NCBI RefSeq assembly: GCF_009914755.1
Contig: NC_060942.1
Length of the DNA stretch: 64,000 nt
Direction: 5' to 3' (one strand)
From: the human T2T-CHM13v2.0 reference genome, Homo sapiens
The notes below the pieces were generated by a model. That model was not told the origin of the DNA. It searched no databases and saw only the letters and a list, made by a program, of their open reading frames with translations. A program made the translations under genes and the position numbers. Shown here one piece after another: positions 14,917-30,256 of the stretch. Within the stretch, counting starts at the first letter, position 1; each line of letters starts with the position of its first letter.

Positions 14917-15225
14917 TGTATTAGTTAGGGTTCTTCAGCAAACAGAACCAATAAGATATATGCAGACACATTAAGGGGAATTTAATATGGGGAATGGCTC
15001 ATGTGAGTATGGAAGCTGGAAAGTCCCATGATATGCCATTTGAAAACTGAAGAACCAGGAAATCTGGTGTAATTCAGTCTGAGTTTAAAGGCCAGAGGAC
15101 CAGGGGCTAGGGAGTGGTCACTGGTATAAGTCCTGAAGTCTGAAGGCCTGAGGACCAACAGCAACCATGTCCTAGGGCAGGAAAAGATGAATGTCCCAGC
15201 TCAAGCAGAGACAGCAAATTTGCCA
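14917..15225 (-). mobile_element. MLT2 (ERV-L) LTR, truncated
   Basis: tgtattagttagggttcttcagcaaacagaaccaataag terminus; ggtgtaattcagtctgagtttaaaggcc. Confidence 0.85.
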
Positions 15226-15689
15226 TATTTTTTTCCAGAATGGGAAAAACATCTTTGTAAACTATTCACCTGACAAGAGATTAATAACCAGAATATATAG
15301 GTCACTCAAACAATTCAATATGAAAACAAACAAACAAGCAAACATTAAACACCCCACAAATAATCCAACTAAAAACTGGGCAAAATATCTCAATAGACAT
15401 TTCTAAATAGAAGACAAACAAATGGCCAACAGGTATATGAGGAAGTACTCAACATCACTAATTACTGGGGAAATGCAAATGAAAACCGTCATAAGATATC
15501 ATCCTACTCTGGTTAAATAGCTATTTAAAAAAGACAAAAAATAAGTGCTAGCAAAGATGCAGAGAAAGGAGGAAAGTGTACACTGTTGGTGGGAATATAA
15601 AGTAGTACAGCCGCTGTGGAAAATTGTATGGAAGTTTCTCAAAAAACTGAAAATAGAACTATCATATGATCCAGCAATTCCACTGCTGC

Positions 15690-15770
15690 ATGTGTATATA
15701 TATATATATACACACACACATAGTGTATATATATATACACACACACATATATATATAAACACACATATAG

Positions 15771-15806
<36 letters not shown>

Positions 15807-15820
15807 TATAGTATATATAT
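15690..15820. repeat. Compound (TA)n/(CA)n microsatellite
   Basis: Directly visible. Confidence 0.95.
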
Positions 15821-18086
15821 AAGGCCATTTTCATGCTGTTGATAAAGACATACATGAGACTGGGAAGAAACAGAGATTTAATGGAGTTACACTTCCACAT
15901 GGCTGGGGAGGCCTCATAATCATGGCAGAAGGCAAGGAAGAGCAAGTCATGTCTTACATGGATGGCAGCAGGCAAAGAGAGAGCTTGTGCAGAAAAATTT
16001 CAATTTTTAAAACCATCAGATCCTGTGAGACCCATTCACTATCATGAGAACAGCATGGGAAAGACCCACCCTATGATTCAATAATCTCCCACTGGGTCCA
16101 TCCCATAACATGGGAGAATTATGGAAGCTACAAGATAAGATTTGGGTGGGGACACATAACCAAACCATATCATTCCACCCCAGGCCCCTCCCAAATCACA
16201 TATATTCAGATTTCAAAATGAAATATGCCTTCCCAACAGTCCTCCAAAGTCTCAACTCATTTCAGCATTAACTCAAAAGTCCACCGTCCAAAGTCTTATC
16301 TGGGACAAGGCAAGTCACTTCTGCCTTTGAGCCTTAAAATAAAAAACATGTTAGTTATTTCCTAGATATAATGGGGGTACAGGCATTGGGTAAATACAGC
16401 CATTCCAAATGGAAGAAATTGGCCAAAATAAAGAGGCTACAGGCCCCATGCAAGTCTGAAATCCAGCAAGGCTGTCAAATCTGAAATCTCCAAAATGATC
16501 TCCTTTGACTGCATGTCTCATATCCAGGTCATGCTGATGTAAGAGGTGGGTTCTCATGGTCTTGGGCAGCTCTGATCCTGTGGCTTTGCAGGGTACAGCC
16601 TCCCTCCCTCCTGGCTGCCTTCATGGGCTGGCGGTGAGTATCTGTGACTTTTCCATGCACATAAAGCAAACTGTCAGTGGATCTACCATTCTGGTGTCTG
16701 AAGGGTGGCGGCCTCCTTCTCATAGCTCCACTCGGCAGTGCCCCAGTAGGGACTCTGTTTGGGGTCTACACTCCCACATTTCCCTTCTGCACTGCCCTAG
16801 CAGAGGTTCTCCCTGAGGGCTCTAGCCCTGCAGCAGACTTCTGCCTGGACACATCCAGGCATTTCCATACATCCTCTGAAATCTAGGTGGAGGTTCCCAA
16901 ACTTCAATTCTTGACTTTTGTGTATCTGCAAGCTCAACACCACATGGAAGCTGCCGAGGCTTGGGGCTTGTACCCTCTGAGGCCATGGCCTGAGCTGTAT
17001 CTTGGCCCCATTTAGTCATGGTTGGAGCAGCTGGGGCACAGGGCACACAGCACCGGGACACTGGGCCCATCCCACAAAACCATTTATTCTTCCTGGGCTT
17101 CTAGGCCTGTGACGGGAGAGGCTGCTGTGAAGACCTCCGACATGCCCTGGAGACATTTTCCCCATTGTCTTGGGGACTAACATTTGGCTTCTCATTAGTT
17201 ATACAAATTTCTGCAGTTGGCTTGAATTTCTGCCCAGAAAATGGGATTTTCTTTTCCATCACATTGTCAGGCTGCAAATTTATCTAACTTTCATGCTCTC
17301 TTTCCCTTTTAAAGCTGGGGTGACCCAAGTCACCTCTTGAATGCTTTGCTGTTTATAAATTGCTTCTGCCAGATACTCTAAATCATCTCTCTCAAGTTCA
17401 AAGTTCCACAAATCTCTAGGGCAAGGGCAAAATGCCACCAGGTTCTTTAATAAAACATAACAAGAGTCACTTTTGCTCCACTTTCCAACAAGTTCCTCAT
17501 CTCCATCTGAGACCACCTCAGGCTGGATTTCATTGTCCACATTATTATCAGCATTTTGGTCAAAGCCACTCAACAAGTCTCTAGGGAGTTCCCAACTTTT
17601 CCACATTTTCCTATCTTCTTCTGAGCCCTCTAAACTTTTTCAACCTCTGCCCATTACACAGTTCTAAAGTCACTTCCACATTTTTGGGTATCTTTTCATC
17701 AACACCCCACTGTAGTGATACCATTTTACTGTATTAGTCCATTTTCACACTGCTGATAAAGACATACCAAAGAATGGAAAGAAAAAGAGGTTTAATGGAC
17801 TTACAGTTTCACATGGCTGGGGAGGCCTCACAATCATACCAGAAGGCAAGCAGGAGCAAGTCTCATCTTACATGGATGGTGGCAGGCAAAGAGAGAGCTT
17901 GTGCAGACAAACTCCCATTTTTAAAACCATTAGATCTCATGAGACCTATTCACTATCACGAGAACAGCATGGGAAAGACCCACCCCATGATTCAGTCATC
18001 TCCCACTGGGTCCTTCCCACAACATGTAGGAATTATGGGAACTACAAGATGAGATTTGGGTGGGCACCCAGGGCCAAACCATATCA
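15815..18086 (-). mobile_element. THE1A/B MaLR provirus (LTR ~15815-16172, internal, LTR 17730-18086)
   Basis: Two ~355-bp direct LTRs ending caaaccatatca around a ~1.55-kb THE1-int; int ORF remnant MWKSWELPRDLLSGFDQNADNNVDNE. Confidence 0.95.
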
Positions 18087-18092
18087 TCTAAA

Positions 18093-18144
<52 letters not shown>

Positions 18145-18188
18145 CCTAAAGAAAGGAAATATTTATATCCTAAAGAAAGGAAATATTT
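18093..18188. repeat. (TACATA)n microsatellite plus perfect 24-bp tandem duplication
   Basis: (TACATA)n at 18093-18143; atatcctaaagaaaggaaatattt at 18141-18164 and 18165-18188. Confidence 0.95.
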
Positions 18189-18330
18189 ATATCAAAGAGA
18201 TATATTGCCTCTAATGTTTATTGCAGCATTATTCACAATAGCCAAAATGTAGAATAAACCTAAGTCTCCACCAAAAGATGAATGGATAAAGAAATTGGGT
18301 ATAAATACACAATGGAATATTACTCAGCCA

Positions 18331-20440
<2,110 letters not shown>

Positions 20441-20559
20441 ACCTGAAACCATAAACACAAACATATGTTTTAACCTAGCTAAAGATGAATTTCCAACAAC
20501 CTTATTATCTGTTCATAAGTATATAGAAATTAGAAGAAAAATTGTGATCAGAATAGACT

Positions 20560-21900
20560 GATACAGTAAAGATTAAGATAAGGCAACAATTGAGCATGCA
20601 TTGGAAAGAAGTCAAGGAGGAAACCATATGGATATTTCAGGAAAAACATTCCAATCAAAGAAAACCTGAGGCAGTCATATGCTTCGTGTATTTGAAAGGC
20701 CGAAAGGAAGACTGTTTGCATGGAGGGGGATAAGGTATGAGATAGCAGAGAAATATCTGATAGGCCATGTGGAGGACTTTGGATGTACTGAGAATGAAAT
20801 GGACAACTCTTTGAATATTTTATGCAGAAGAGTGACACTATTTGATTAAGAATTTAGAAGAATGGTTCTTAATATTCTATAAAGAATAACTATAGGGAGA
20901 TTAGGTAAAAGGCTAGTTCAGGCGGAATGCTCTAGTAGTTGAGGTAGGTTTAAAAAAGGACCAGATTCTGGATAGATTATGAGTGTACAGTAGAGACTTT
21001 TTTTTTTTAAATGGATTTGATTAGGTTGTGAGAGAAAAAGCAGAGTCAAGAATGATTCCAAGGTGTTTGGCCTGAACAACTAGAAAAAAAATTGTGTTGG
21101 CATTTATTGAGGGCAGTGCACCTTCAAAGGGAAAATCAAAAGTTCCAATTTAAACTACTTAATTTGATGTACCTATCAGAAAACCATGTACTAAAATTTT
21201 ATATGTGAAGTGGGCATGTTATGTGTAACTAAAATTTAGATACAATATTATGGTGAAAGATATAAAATTTGGTTTCATCGGGGAGAGGGTAGATAAACAG
21301 GTCTGAGGTTTTAACATTAGGAATCCCAGCCTTCAGGGTGCAGCAGTCAAAGATACCCTAGCGAAGAAGAGTTTGGAGGAGCAGCTCATGAAGTAGGGGG
21401 ATTAAAAAGAGACTCAACTCAAAATCCTAATGATGTATTTCATGAATAAAGTAGTGATTGGCTGTATCACAGATGCTGAAAGGTTGAGTTAGATTATCAT
21501 AGACATCAGCATGCCGGAAGTCACTGGTAATACTGACATAAACAATGTCTGTGGAGTGGTGCAGACCAAGCCTGGCTGCACTAGGCTCCAGAGATAAACT
21601 GTTGGAGAAGAGGGGATGACAGTGAGGATACATAACTACCAGGAGCAATGATCTAAAGAGGAGACAAAATAGAGAAGTGGCTGCAGGAGGCTGTGATGCC
21701 AAAAGAAGAAAATTTTAAAGATAGTATCCATTGTACCCTGTCTAAATCACAATAAAAATTGCCAATAGACGGATTAATTGATGATGCCAGAAAGAGAGAG
21801 AGAATTATAGGAATAATGACCTTGAAGAGATGAGAGGGTCTGAGATCAGAGCTCCCACGCAGAGGGATGCCTGACAGAAACACAGGCAAATCTTTTACAT
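20560..21900 (-). mobile_element. L2 LINE remnant
   Basis: Purine-rich L2-antisense text (gcagaagagtgacactatttga, gagtcaagaatgattccaaggtgtttggcctgaacaact, ggaagtcactggtaatactgac). Confidence 0.75.
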
Positions 21901-22049
21901 TGTAAAAAGAGGGGTGGGGAATTGTGTAGGTGCACCTGTAACTGTATTTGTATGTCTGTTGTTAAGTATATCTGTTGTTGGGAGTTTCTAGGTTCTCTTT
22001 TGATTGATTCTTTTCTCTTCTGATAGAAAATCAAACTCAATGTAAGTAT

Positions 22050-22970
22050 AAGAAAAATAAGGAAGGAAAGAAAAATGTAATAATAAAAGAAAAATAAATA
22101 ATATAAAACAAAGTTAAAATTATCTAAAAAGATAATGAAAATAATATACTATTGTAATATTAATCAATAAAAGATGGTTTTCTAGCATCGGGGGAAGGAG
22201 ATATTGCTACATATCTTTAAAAGGAAAATAAGGGGATTTTATGTTTTTTTTCATATACTATTCAAAAGTGGCTCAAGAGGACATACAAAAATTTGAGTGC
22301 ATATGTGTATTATATATATATACACACACACACACATATCTGTGCATATAAATATCAGGAAATATATATAATATGTATATTTCCTCAGAATTTATATATA
22401 CTCAGATATATAAAATCTAAGTGTGTATATACATATATAATAAGCTATACAGTGTTGAAGAAGAATAGCATAAACAAATTTTTCATACCAGATACTGACT
22501 TAATAAATAGTGGTAACAATTAAAGTATGGTACTAGTAGAGTATATGGAAACAAATGATTTAAAATAAAAAACCCAGTAATATACGTGGTCACTTATGTG
22601 ACAGAAGAGGCAATAGAACTGGTAGGAAAAAATAAACTATTGAATAAATGTTGTTGGGACAACTGGTTATTCATATTTAAAGAATAAAGATACAACAACT
22701 TTATTCCATGTACAAAAATTACCTCCAGGGTGTAAAAAAGTATTAATTATGATAGCAACAATTTAAAATATTTAGGAAAAATATGAGATAACACAAAAAG
22801 AAACAAAATATTTGATTACATGAAATTTGTCCTTTAAAAGTTAACATAATGAAAATACCAGTTATATATCCTTCTTAAGAAGAGATCTAATATCTATAAA
22901 TCATTCCACAATGCAAAATGAGCCAAAGATATGAGCTGATATGCAACTAACAGACGTGGAGTCTTTAAAG

Positions 22971-23019
<49 letters not shown>

Positions 23020-23720
23020 TGTCTGTCTGTGAGAGAGAGAGAAAGTGAGAGAAAGAGAGAGAGAAAGTAAGAAAAAAGTGCTTAACATCACTAGTAAGTA
23101 GGTTTATGTACATTAAGGCATCAACTTAATACCATTTGACTCAGTATCATGTTGGTAATTATAAGGAAGAAAAACAACTCAAACACTGATGATGAAATAA
23201 AGTCCATACTCTGCAAGAATAAATGACAATATCTAGAAAAGTTGAAGATCTTACCTCCCTTAAAATTCAGTAATCAGAGTATGTAAAAAATGTTAATTGC
23301 AGCATTGTTTATCTATGAAAAGTAAAAGAAATACCTTACATGGCAGTCAACAGAAAAATGAATTAATTATACTGTATTATGTATGAAATTTCTGTCCATT
23401 GTTAAAATTAGACAAAATACAACTACTTGTGTCATAATAGCTAAATTTCAAAGACATAAAATGCATTAATAAAAGAATGTGTAAAATGATTCAACAATAT
23501 GAAACATGTTTAAAGCCATGCAAAATATTTGTGGTTTTGTATATATGTAGTAAAATTATTTTTGAAAATATTTATTTCCAGTAACAAACATCAAATTTAG
23601 AGAAAGCAGAAAAAATAAAATTTTGTTTCCTCTGTAATATTTACCTAAGTTGTTTGTGGAATATATATTTTAAAACTATTATTTTTATATAACCTATATT
23701 TTTGAATACCCGAAATACAG
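22050..23720 (+). mobile_element. Old L1ME fragments (ORF2 end/3' UTR)
   Basis: A-rich; aataaatgttgttgggacaactggttattcata, aatgttaattgcagcattgttt; heavily decayed. Confidence 0.6.
22973..23065. repeat. (GT)n followed by (GTCT)n and (GA)n microsatellite
   Basis: Directly visible. Confidence 0.97.
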
Positions 23721-24164
23721 ACACAAATCTGCTTATATTGTTTTACTTTTGTGTTCTGTTTAGAAAAAAGAAATGCTGTAAGAAATTTTTGAGTGTATTT
23801 GTGTTTTCCACTGACACACTTTCATGACTATGACAATACTAAAGCTGATAATCTACGTTGTTCATTATAGCAAAACTTATTTAGCTTCTTTACTGGATTA
23901 CTATGAATGCATACTTATTTCTGTAAATACCTTTTATATTTGTTTTCTCTGTGTCTATAAAATAATTTATGCTGAAATTGATAGTAAAGGGATGCGTGAG
24001 ACGGCAAAACCCAGTTATTTTAGAATTCACTATATCATTTCTTAGGGATTCTATTCTGTTGATTTTCCCTCTGTTTTCTTTGTTATAATTATGTAAAACA
24101 CATTAAAAGAATGTTTGACAACTGGTGCCTTTCATAGCGGGTGAGGTAGAAGTTAGTATTTTCA

Positions 24165-24265
24165 GATGAGCAGAGAATGCACCTGTTTTTGTTCACCACA
24201 ATGTCTGTAATACTTAACACAGTGTCTGGCATATAGTAAAGATCCCAATAAATGCTGTTTGAAAT
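24165..24265 (+). mobile_element. L2 3' end
   Basis: tttgttcaccacaatgtctgtaatacttaacacagtgtctggcatatagtaaagatcccaataaatg. Confidence 0.75.
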
Positions 24266-25974
24266 AAAACACAGCACAAAAAAAACAAAAAACAAAAACA
24301 GAAGTGCATAAATTTCAAATTTCAAAAACAAAAATTGCATAAATGTTACTAAAATAAGTAAATCTAATAATAATGTACATAATTTTATAGCTTGTTATGG
24401 TTTTCATATTTTTAAATATAGATTTCATATGAAATACCACCAATATTTAAGATGGAGGATTAGTGTCCCATGAAAAGACATAGAAATATTTCACCCAGGG
24501 AAACAAGTGACTTCTTCAAGGTAGATACCAACTAAGAGGTAGAGGTGAGATTTGCATCCATGCCTTCATTCTTAATCAATAGCCATATCTTCTTATCAAA
24601 GTTAGTTTTGGAGATAAAAACAACTTTTGAGTATGTCTGTTCCAACCACCTCATTGGGAAATAGGAGATATGTGATCTAGAGATTAATCTTCTCAAGGTT
24701 GTATAGCTTGGGGATGTGAGATTTGGGACCAGAATCACAGTCCTTGGGTTGTTGTCATTTTAATTCTCCAAAAATATTCAAAGAGAAAGTATTAAACATA
24801 TGTCACATAAACAAATATAAATTTTTGTGTACTCAGAATATTTTCTGATTATTGTATCTATATAATTCAGTTGTTCTAGAATTTTTAATATATCTTAAAC
24901 ACACAACTACATGAAAACTTAATTAAATCATCAACACCAATTTATAATTAAATTATATCAAACGTGAACTTAAGTGTGGTCAATTTCAAAAATAAGATGA
25001 ATTTAGGACTCAAAAATATTGACATTTTAGGCAGATTTCTGGAAGGGACACACTTCAGTATAAAAATGTCAATGTGTATAGATCTTAAATTCTTTTTGGC
25101 TTTGAATTCATATAAAATCAAATGCCTCATTGTGGATAACTTATTTTTATGTTGGCCATGGAATAATGATAATAAAATTACCATTTACATTTAGATAATA
25201 CAGAATTTTTAAAGCAAAATTTAAATTTTAATATAGCTCTGTGCCAGTAGCTGTTTTGTCAGTTGAAGAATCTGAATCCAAAAATTATACATGAAACTTA
25301 GAGCTTGGTTCTCCTGTCTCCCAGTCTAATAGTTTGTAACTATGATAAAAGACATAATTTCCTCATGTTAACTCCTAAACATATGGCAATACATGGACAT
25401 AAACAAGAACATCATGAGTTGATAGAGTACTTGAAGCTAAATTTAGCAATTAACACATTCAATATTTTCCATGTACTATCACTGATCCAAGAATTTTACA
25501 TTGATTATTTTATTCAATTATCAAAGCAACTTGAATAGTTAATGATGACTATTATCCAACTTATGTAAGAAAAAAATGAGATTTAGCAAGGTTGTTACTT
25601 GCAAAATGTTGAATACTCAGAAAGTAACAGAGCTGAGATTTGAGTGCAGAGGTAGTCTAGCTCTTGCACTCTTCTGCCTATATTAAAGAAGTGAGGAAAA
25701 AAATATAGGTGGAAGAGTTCAGAAAGGATAGATTGTACTTTGTTGATTTTATAGTCAAAAAGCCTGACAAAGTTTAAGGATATATAATATACCCAGAATA
25801 TATGCATTACAGATTTAATCCTTTTATACTTGTTTTATGCTGTGAGTATACACTTATCCTCTGGTTCACATAGAGCAATTTATTACATGTGCTCCATTGC
25901 TCACAAAGATAATAAACGTAGAAGAGGATAGGCTTTCAATAAAATTAGCAAGGGAGGTTCCTCTCCATAACATA

Positions 25975-26250
25975 GCATCTTGGCTCAAAAAATCTGGAGC
26001 CAAATAGCCTAGATTCAGATCCTAGCTCAAAACAATTACTAACTGTGTTACCTTGGTTAAATTTCTTAAGGTATTCCCCCAATACCTTAAGGTATTGGGG
26101 CTTACGGTATTGAGGCTTAAGGTATTACTTGGAGCCTCAGTTTTTTCTTCTGAAAAATGGGGATAAAAACACTTTCTATCTCATAGGATTGTAGCAAAGA
26201 TTAAATGAGTTACCTTAGGGTAGTGTTAAGTCCACAGTACAAAACCATTA
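25975..26250 (+). mobile_element. MIR SINE with internal insertion
   Basis: ctggagccaaatagcctagattcagatcctagctc...aactgtgttaccttgg...gagcctcagttttttcttctgaaaaatggggata...ataggattgtagcaaagattaaatgag. Confidence 0.85.
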
Positions 26251-26278
26251 AAATTGCTAGAGGTCTTTAAAAAGTACT

Positions 26279-26758
26279 TGTATTAGTTAGCTTAGGTTGC
26301 AATAACAAAATAGTATAGACCAAATGGTTTGAACAAGAATTTATTTCTCACAGTTCTGGAGGCTGGAAAGTCCAAGATCATGCTATGGTGTTGGCCAATT
26401 AAGTTCCTGATGAGGGCTCTCTTTCTGGTTTGCTGATGGTCACCTTCTGGCTGTGTCCTCATATGGCAGAGAGGGAGTGAGTGAGAGAGAGATAGAGAGA
26501 GAAAGAGAGGGAGCAAAAGAGAGAGACAGAGAGGGGGTGAGAGAAAGAGAGAGAGAGAGTGAGAGAGAGAGAGAGAGAGAGGGAGAAGGTCTCTGGTGTC
26601 TCTTCTTATAAGGACACTAACCCCCAAATGAGGGCCCCATCCTCATGACCTCATCTAACCCTAATTAGCTCCCAAAGACCCCATCTTTAAACTCCATCAT
26701 ATTAGGGGCTAGTGGTTCCACATATGAATTTTAGGAGAACAGAATTCTATTAATAGCA
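26279..26758 (-). mobile_element. MLT1A-like MaLR solo LTR with internal (GA)n
   Basis: tgtattagttagc...tttatttctcacagttctggaggctggaaagtccaagatca...catgacctcatctaaccctaatta...atagca. Confidence 0.88.
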
Positions 26759-26759
26759 C

Positions 26760-26880
26760 TATTATTTATTACTTATGTGCCAGGCACTTGACAAATATCA
26801 TCTAATTTTATCATCACATTAATCATGTGATGTTGGGCATTATTATTCCTGTTTTATACAGGAGGAACTTGGGCCAAGGT
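26760..26880 (-). mobile_element. MIR fragment
   Basis: ttacttatgtgccaggcact...attattattcctgttttatacaggaggaact. Confidence 0.7.
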
Positions 26881-28949
26881 AGTCTGAAGGGATAGGGCCT
26901 GGTCACTACATCCTCCTCACTGAGGGAGCCCAGTGATGTAGTGTACTTTGGCGTCATTACCCACTGTTGTTTCCTTAAAACCATGTATATATCCCTCTAT
27001 TAACAGCCTCTCAAATTACAGCATGGAATTGTCCTACTTTCCTGTTGGGATTCTGACTGATATAGTAATTGGGGGAAGAACAAGCCAGGAAACTTACCCT
27101 CAAAGTGGGATTCTGGGAGTGGGTGCCTCACATGTTTGAAGAGCTAGCAGATAGCCTCCCTACTGGAAGGAGACAGGGCCAGCATAATACAATGCATCTG
27201 GTGGCATCTCCATTTCCCAGATTCTCATCTGTGCTGGCACAGGGCAATGTGCAGGTGCAGCTGGAGGGTCAGATATCAAGACAGCTAATGGCAGTGACAC
27301 TTAGTCACTATGGTGACTATACAATGGGAAAGATAGTAATCTGACTTCTAATGGAGCCAGACAGCAGACAGGAAACAGAGGAAATAAAAGCTGTTTGTGT
27401 CTAATAGAGAAAGCAAGAGGATAATCGGAAACTCATGTTGTTGACTTTGAAGAAGTCCCTCATCTCTGATATCTGCAAGACATACATGCCTACGGATCAA
27501 ACCAAGAACCTGAGTATAAGGGTGGAAGAGCCAATTAAATCGTCAAACCCCACACTTGCGGAGAGAAGTGGGATGCTAATATCTGCTAAGAAGACAGATA
27601 GACAGTAACTGAGGACTCATCCTCCAAACCCTCTGAATCTCCCTCGATGAGAGGCAGATCCTCCGTACCCTGTCTGGGGAACCAGCTTCCTCTACATAAA
27701 GTGGACTCAGTAAATGTACCTGGGTCAGATTCTTTATATGGGGTGCCTGGTATATTGACTCCTCTTCTACTACTTGTCATTGCCACCAGGTTCATAGCTA
27801 GAATTATATCCCAGTGCATGAATAATAGACAGTATAAGGCCTGCCCCAAGAAGAGAACACATGAAACAGGAAAAGATATTTATTGCCATTATGCATTGCC
27901 ATGATTACTCTTCACTGTCTAGTTTAAAGATAGTAACTGAGAATGGCACATGGATTCTCTGACCTCTGGAATATAAGCTATTATGAAGGAAAAGAAGAAG
28001 TTCTGGAACGAGTGTTCATGCTCCATCAAGGCAATAAGCCCAAAGCAATACCATGTCTCTGAGGGAAATGATGAAATTAGTGTCATTTTCAAAGGCTTCA
28101 CAGATGCAGGGTTGCACTTCCTACCAAATCCCAATTTAAACTGCTTCTTTGGTTATGGCAAAAGCCAGATGGATCAGGAAGAAGGACAGGAAATTATTGT
28201 AACTTAATCAGATGGTGTTATCAATTTTAGCTGGATTTCTGGATGTGTTGTCTCTATTCTTACAAATCAGCACAGCCTCCGGCACCTGTTATTTTGCTCT
28301 TGATCTAGCAGATGCTCTTCCTCCATTGTTTTCAGTAGAAAGCAATTTGCTTCTAAAAGAGAGAGGAGTATACCTTAACTGAACAGCCTCAGAGCTGGGT
28401 CAGTCCTTCTGGTCCAGTCATAATAAAGTCCAGAAATATCTAGATTATTTTGAAATACCACTGAACAGTAAACTTAAAAAAAATTCATTAAGCTAATTGG
28501 ACCCGTAAGTAGGAAATAGCAAGCGTGGTAGATAGTTTAGAAAGACACATGCCAGGGTCTACGAGATTAATCCTGCAAAGTGTCAGGGATTTGCCTCTTT
28601 GGTAAAGTTTCTAGGAATTTACTGGTTTTAGACACATCAGGTATCTTTTCAAGGCAAGAGACAAATCACCATGGTACATTCACACCCAGCAGGCCATATC
28701 TACAAGATAACCCAGTAGGTTGAGTGGGAAAGGGTTCCATAGTCCGAAGAATATAGCTGTCCTGATAATTGGGCCAGAGGACATCACACACTTAATGCTA
28801 TTGGCACTGACTATGGAAGAGATGCAGTATAGAACACCTGTCATACCCCAATCCTCCCAATAGAAGGATAATAAAAACATCTTGACTTGCTACTGAGCAT
28901 TGGTGGAGCTTCAGCAGCTGACCATGGGATACCAAGAAACTATGCCACT

Positions 28950-29415
28950 TTATGACAATTCAGGTCACAGATGCCAAGACAAGGTTTAAAATGCAGACTT
29001 GCTGGGAGAAATACTTGTAAGGGATAGGGAATGGGGGAAGCTGTGAGTCGGAGTAACTGGGAAGAGCATTCATTCAGATCACAATAAAGATGTGATAAGT
29101 GAAAAGAGAGAGGGGAGGCAGGAGCATTGAATAGAATAGTTCCAGATTGCAGTGCAATTCTGAGAAAGTTTTTTTCCCAGGCTGTTGGGAGGTCCAGGGC
29201 AAAAATTCACTATTAGTGTCCAGCACTGAGCAGAAATGACTCAACTCTAGTATTCCTGCTGTGCCCAGGCATCCACTAGGAGCAGCCCAGAGTCAGCAGG
29301 GCCTTGATGTTGATGCTGAAGCAGATCCTAAGGTGTGGCAAGAAGGGCTGTCAGTTGATGGCATACCTCACATCAGCATCTGGGGGAGATCTGAGGGCAC
29401 ACCACCCCCACCCAC
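28950..29415 (-). mobile_element. LTR16-like LTR nested in ERV-L pol
   Basis: cagatgccaagacaaggtttaaaatgcagacttgctgggaga resembles the antisense LTR16 end; interrupts pol homology. Confidence 0.5.
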
Positions 29416-30256
29416 ACTTCCTTTCATGAATTGATGTTTATATTGTTTCTCAAAACATGCACCTTCCATTATAACCTGGAAATGGTGAACATGAGATGGG
29501 CTCCTAACAGGTCTGGAAGGCTCAAGTAAACTTTAAGAGCAGGTGGCTCAGATATTCATGGTAATTAATCACCCTGTTTCAGCTTTGAGGGGGTTCCTAT
29601 AACCTGATAATGGTCGACTAAAGACATTTCATGGTAAACTGGTGCCAGTTAAAACTGAGAGGCTGTGGAATTATGGCCTCATTCAGATTGGTGCTATAAG
29701 ACATTGATGAAGAGAATGCCACGGGCAGAAGTTTGGGTAGTGTATCAGCCCACTTTATGTGGAAAGAGAAATAGCCTGAGGCATGTGTTTACATTGATGT
29801 GTGGGCAGGAGTTAATTGTTTGGCTGGCTGGACAAAGACTTGGAAAGAATAAGATCTAAAAGCTAGTGACAAAGACATCTAAGAGAAAGATGAAAGGGGA
29901 ATAGAGTATAAAAATATTTGCAACCCACACAAGATGCCTATCTGAGGATATTGACGCTTAAAAAAAGAAGAAATAAAGATGCCACTTACTAGGTGGACAA
30001 AATGACTTACTAGTGCATGGGAATCAACTTCTCTGCCTGGTCATCCAGGTGTTTCTCAATGGGCCCTTACACAAAATGGTCATGTTATCAGAGATGGTGA
30101 TTTTGCATTGACTGAGCAATGCTACATTTTTGAAATCAAAATTTTATGGCAACTGCTGCTGCTGTGTTTTCTACCTGCTGAAGAATAAGTCTACCCTGAG
30201 TCTCTCTGTGAGAGGACCAATCATTTGGAGGAGAGCTTCATTACTTTGATGCCCAT

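Larger units (their letters stand above)
15232..18330 (+). mobile_element. L1MA-type ORF2 C-terminus/3' UTR fragment, interrupted by THE1
   Basis: Translations such as [36 protein letters not shown] and MFIAALFTIAK match the L1 ORF2p C-terminus; sequence resumes after the THE1 at about 18141. Confidence 0.9.

Noticed and set aside
22973-23018. (GT)n as a Z-DNA regulatory element
   Set aside because: Common microsatellite with no supporting context.
26065-26126. Short palindromic repeats as a possible CRISPR-like array
   Set aside because: No unique spacers, eukaryotic context, no cas genes.
27983-28207. 74-aa ORF resembling reverse transcriptase
   Set aside because: Fragment of decayed ERV-L pol with frameshifts; not an intact or domesticated gene.
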